Shown: piece after piece, positions 61,637 to 64,000 of the stretch
Layout of the letters: each line of letters starts with the position of its first letter
Numbering within the stretch: position 1 is the stretch's first letter
DNA from: Nitrospinales bacterium
Lineage (GTDB): Bacteria; Nitrospinota; Nitrospinia; Nitrospinales; VA-1
DNA length: 64,000 nt
Assembly: GCA_965223795.1 (NCBI GenBank)
Contig: CBDCXL010000002.1
Coordinates: 1,088,001-1,152,000, forward strand
Reading direction: 5' to 3'
Program-made: the position numbers and the translations under genes
Notes under the pieces: generated by a model
The model's database searches: none
Told to the model about the DNA's origin: nothing
The model's input: the letters and a program-made list of their open reading frames with translations, nothing else

Positions 61637-62884
61637 CTAGCTGCCGCGGCTCGCCAGGGTTGCGGTCTGCATTCCCAGATGCTTTTTGATCTCTTCCACG
61701 ATCACTTCGGAAGGCAGGGTCATGCCGCCTGCAACGTGCGGGCCTGCGACGACGCGCTCGTTGTCCGGAAGGATCGCTTTGATCTCGCGGGCCAGCCAGC
61801 CAGCCATGTTGAACTCGGGAACGAAGATGTGCTTGGCGTTCTTCAAAGCCTCGCGCAGTTCCTGATGCGGGAACGGGCGGATGGTTTTGATCTTCACCAG
61901 ACCCACCTTGATGCCTTCTTCTTCCAGCAGGCGGATCGCTTCGCGTCCCTGCGACACGGCGGTGCCGGAGGAGACGATCAGGATTTCCCGGTCGATGTCG
62001 TGCGTGTCGATGAGACCATCCAGAAGCAGTTCGGTGTGCTTTCTGGAACGCTCGACGGCGGCGCGGACTTCCTGCTGCCAGGAAGCGTGGGTGGCGAAGC
62101 TGATGTAATTGGATTTCATGACGAACGGATCCCGCATCATGCGGACCGGAGGACATTCCATGTCCATGCAGGGAACCGGCGACTTGTAAGGATCGTAAGG
62201 CGGCAGGGTCAAATTATCGGGCGGCAGCTCGACGGTGTCTTTGGTGTGGGTCACGAAGAAACCATCGCAGCAGGTGGCCAGCGGCAGATGCACATCCGGC
62301 TGCTCGGCGACGATAAAGCCCTTGAGGATGAAATCGAACAGGTCCTGCGCGGTTTCGGCGTGCCACACGAGCATGCCGGTTTCGAGCAGGTAATGGCATT
62401 CCAGGGTGTCGGGCTGGATGCTGAGCGGCGAGTTGACGCCCCGCATGGTCACGCACACCTGGATCGGCAGCCTGGAGCCCGCCCACATGGGGAAGTTTTC
62501 CATGGCGCGCAGGGTTCCGGGACCGGCGGTCGTGGTGAAAACGCGGTGTCCGCCGAACGAAGCGCCGGCGCATTGCCCCATGACGGCGAATTCGCTCTCG
62601 CCGCGGAAATAATCTTCCAGATATCCCTCGGCGTACAGCTCACCGATGAGCGCGGCGGCTTCACTCTGAGGGGTGATCGGGTAGGCGACGGAGGTGCCCA
62701 CGGTAGCGCGCTTGATCGCCTCGCGGATCACTTCACTGCCGGTCAAAAAGCTCGGGGTCCGTTCCGCTTCGTAGAACATCTGATTGACGTCGGTGTAGGT
62801 CTGGTCTTTCTTGTTCTTTGTGCCCAGCGCAACGTGTTGCGATCGGATAATTTTGTCTTTAGGAACCTCAACCTCTTTATTCAT
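61637..62884 (-). CDS. porA: Pyruvate:ferredoxin oxidoreductase alpha subunit
   Basis: AYPITPQSE, ESEFA, TTTAGPG, DGFFVTH, IRPFP. Confidence 0.88.
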   Translation of the reverse strand: MNKEVEVPKDKIIRSQHVALGTKNKKDQTYTDVNQMFYEAERTPSFLTGSEVIREAIKRATVGTSVAYPITPQSEAAALIGELYAEGYLEDYFRGESEFAVMGQCAGASFGGHRVFTTTAGPGTLRAMENFPMWAGSRLPIQVCVTMRGVNSPLSIQPDTLECHYLLETGMLVWHAETAQDLFDFILKGFIVAEQPDVHLPLATCCDGFFVTHTKDTVELPPDNLTLPPYDPYKSPVPCMDMECPPVRMMRDPFVMKSNYISFATHASWQQEVRAAVERSRKHTELLLDGLIDTHDIDREILIVSSGTAVSQGREAIRLLEEEGIKVGLVKIKTIRPFPHQELREALKNAKHIFVPEFNMAGWLAREIKAILPDNERVVAGPHVAGGMTLPSEVIVEEIKKHLGMQTATLASRGS

Positions 62885-62987
62885 AAAATCACTCCCTCAG
62901 AAATGACGCTTAAAGAGTTGCTGGTTTTGCAACACTCAGATGGTGGTTCGATGATCTCAAACGAACAAAAGTTCTTGTATTCGAATC

Positions 62988-63626
62988 CTAGGCAATCTGC
63001 CCGGTACGGTCCATCTTGATCTGCGTGAAATCTTCGGCTTCGCTTTTCACGCCCTCTTTCTTCAACCTTTCGATCACATCTTTCAGCTTCAGGATCTTCT
63101 CGACCGTGGCATCGCGGAACGACAGGCAGGCATCCTCATGCCCGGCCTGGGCGCACATGGCCATGGTGAAGCAATCGGTGCCGCCGCGAATGATCTTGAG
63201 CGCCAGGTTGGCCTGGTGACAGTGCACGCCGACGAACATGCAGACATCGATTTTATTATGCCAAATGGTCAGGTTCGGGTGGTTCGGGTTGATTTCCGCC
63301 GCGGGTTCGATTTTGGGATACTTGGGACGGTAGTCGGCCATGGGTATCAACCGCGCGGGCATTGCATTGGCGAGAGCTCGAATGGCGGCGGCTTTCTTTG
63401 CCGCTTTTTCGTTCCAGTGCCAAAGCACCAGGGGACCGGGGAAAATGGTCGGCACTTTGGCGGCCAAAAACTTCCGCGCCGCATATTCCATACCTTCGTC
63501 TTCCGGGGCGATCCTTCCCTCTATATGACATTCTCCGGGATTCGGCAAAACAACCCCCATGCATGCTGCTGCAGGAGGTAAAAAAGCCTCCGGCCCCGCT
63601 TTGACCTGATATTGGCTCATTCTCAT
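62988..63626 (-). CDS. porD: Five-subunit oxidoreductase delta subunit (CODH-epsilon-like fold)
   Basis: GPEAFLPPAAA, PTIFPGP, INPNHPNLTIWHNKID, GVHCH; first gene of the operon. Confidence 0.78.
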   Translation of the reverse strand: MRMSQYQVKAGPEAFLPPAAACMGVVLPNPGECHIEGRIAPEDEGMEYAARKFLAAKVPTIFPGPLVLWHWNEKAAKKAAAIRALANAMPARLIPMADYRPKYPKIEPAAEINPNHPNLTIWHNKIDVCMFVGVHCHQANLALKIIRGGTDCFTMAMCAQAGHEDACLSFRDATVEKILKLKDVIERLKKEGVKSEAEDFTQIKMDRTGQIA

Positions 63627-63662
63627 TAACCCTTTTCGAATTTAGAAAGTTGAAAGTGTGTA

Positions 63663-63692
63663 AATATAAACCACTAATTGCAAGGTTGTCAA
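63663..63692 (-). promoter_or_regulatory. Sigma-70 promoter of the por operon
   Basis: Minus-strand TTGACA-18 nt-TATATT. Confidence 0.6.
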
Positions 63693-64000
63693 ACCTTTTC
63701 CCTGATTACGGCCGGGGCCTTTTCGGCACGCTGATTCCCAATTATTATACTGTTTCAAAAGCCCGCAACCAAACAAATTGCCCAATTTCAGACCCGCCGG
63801 ATCGGGGTATTTTCCGAGGCGTTTCCAGTGCTGTTTGAGAGCCCCGCGGGACTGAAATCCAAGTGCCTGCAAAAGTGTTGATGGTATGCGGGTTGACCGG
63901 CTCGCCGAAGGCGAATGGATTCGCCGGGGCGAATACCAGGACCTGCCTGCCTGCCGTCCGGCCGCTGCCAATGGCCGGCTCAAACATCATTTATGCACCC

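Overview
GC-rich bacterial chromosomal window, mostly housekeeping genes. I see no rRNA, tRNA, CRISPR array, integrase or transposase. The five-subunit 2-oxoacid:ferredoxin oxidoreductase (por-type, rTCA) operon and an HpnN-like hopanoid transporter suggest a Nitrospinota/Nitrospirota-like chemolithoautotroph; this is an inference. Recognisable genes include lepA-lepB (lepB is frameshifted), gcvT-gcvH-gcvPA, a BNR-repeat protein/MoaD pair, two flavoprotein disulfide reductases, pagL-like, tatA, an ECF sigma/anti-sigma pair, nadK, purH, purB, purC, pgeF, rlmI-like, mtgA, an SplB-like radical SAM protein, an orphan dnaN, aroF, glnD-like, orn, an LMW phosphatase, a fructosamine kinase and an alpha-2-macroglobulin. 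The two most unusual signals are outside the standard genes. (1) A 78-aa Lys-rich histone-like gene has a 5' leader (up to the RBS) that is complementary over about 45 nt to a segment lying between two terminators downstream. (2) An exact 82-bp-period array upstream of the LMW phosphatase repeats the gene's own start and creates three chained, overlapping 29-aa uORFs. Also notable are a Rieske-like protein whose His ligands are lost and apparently compensated by extra Cys, an output-less TM-HAMP protein, and several palindromic intergenic elements.
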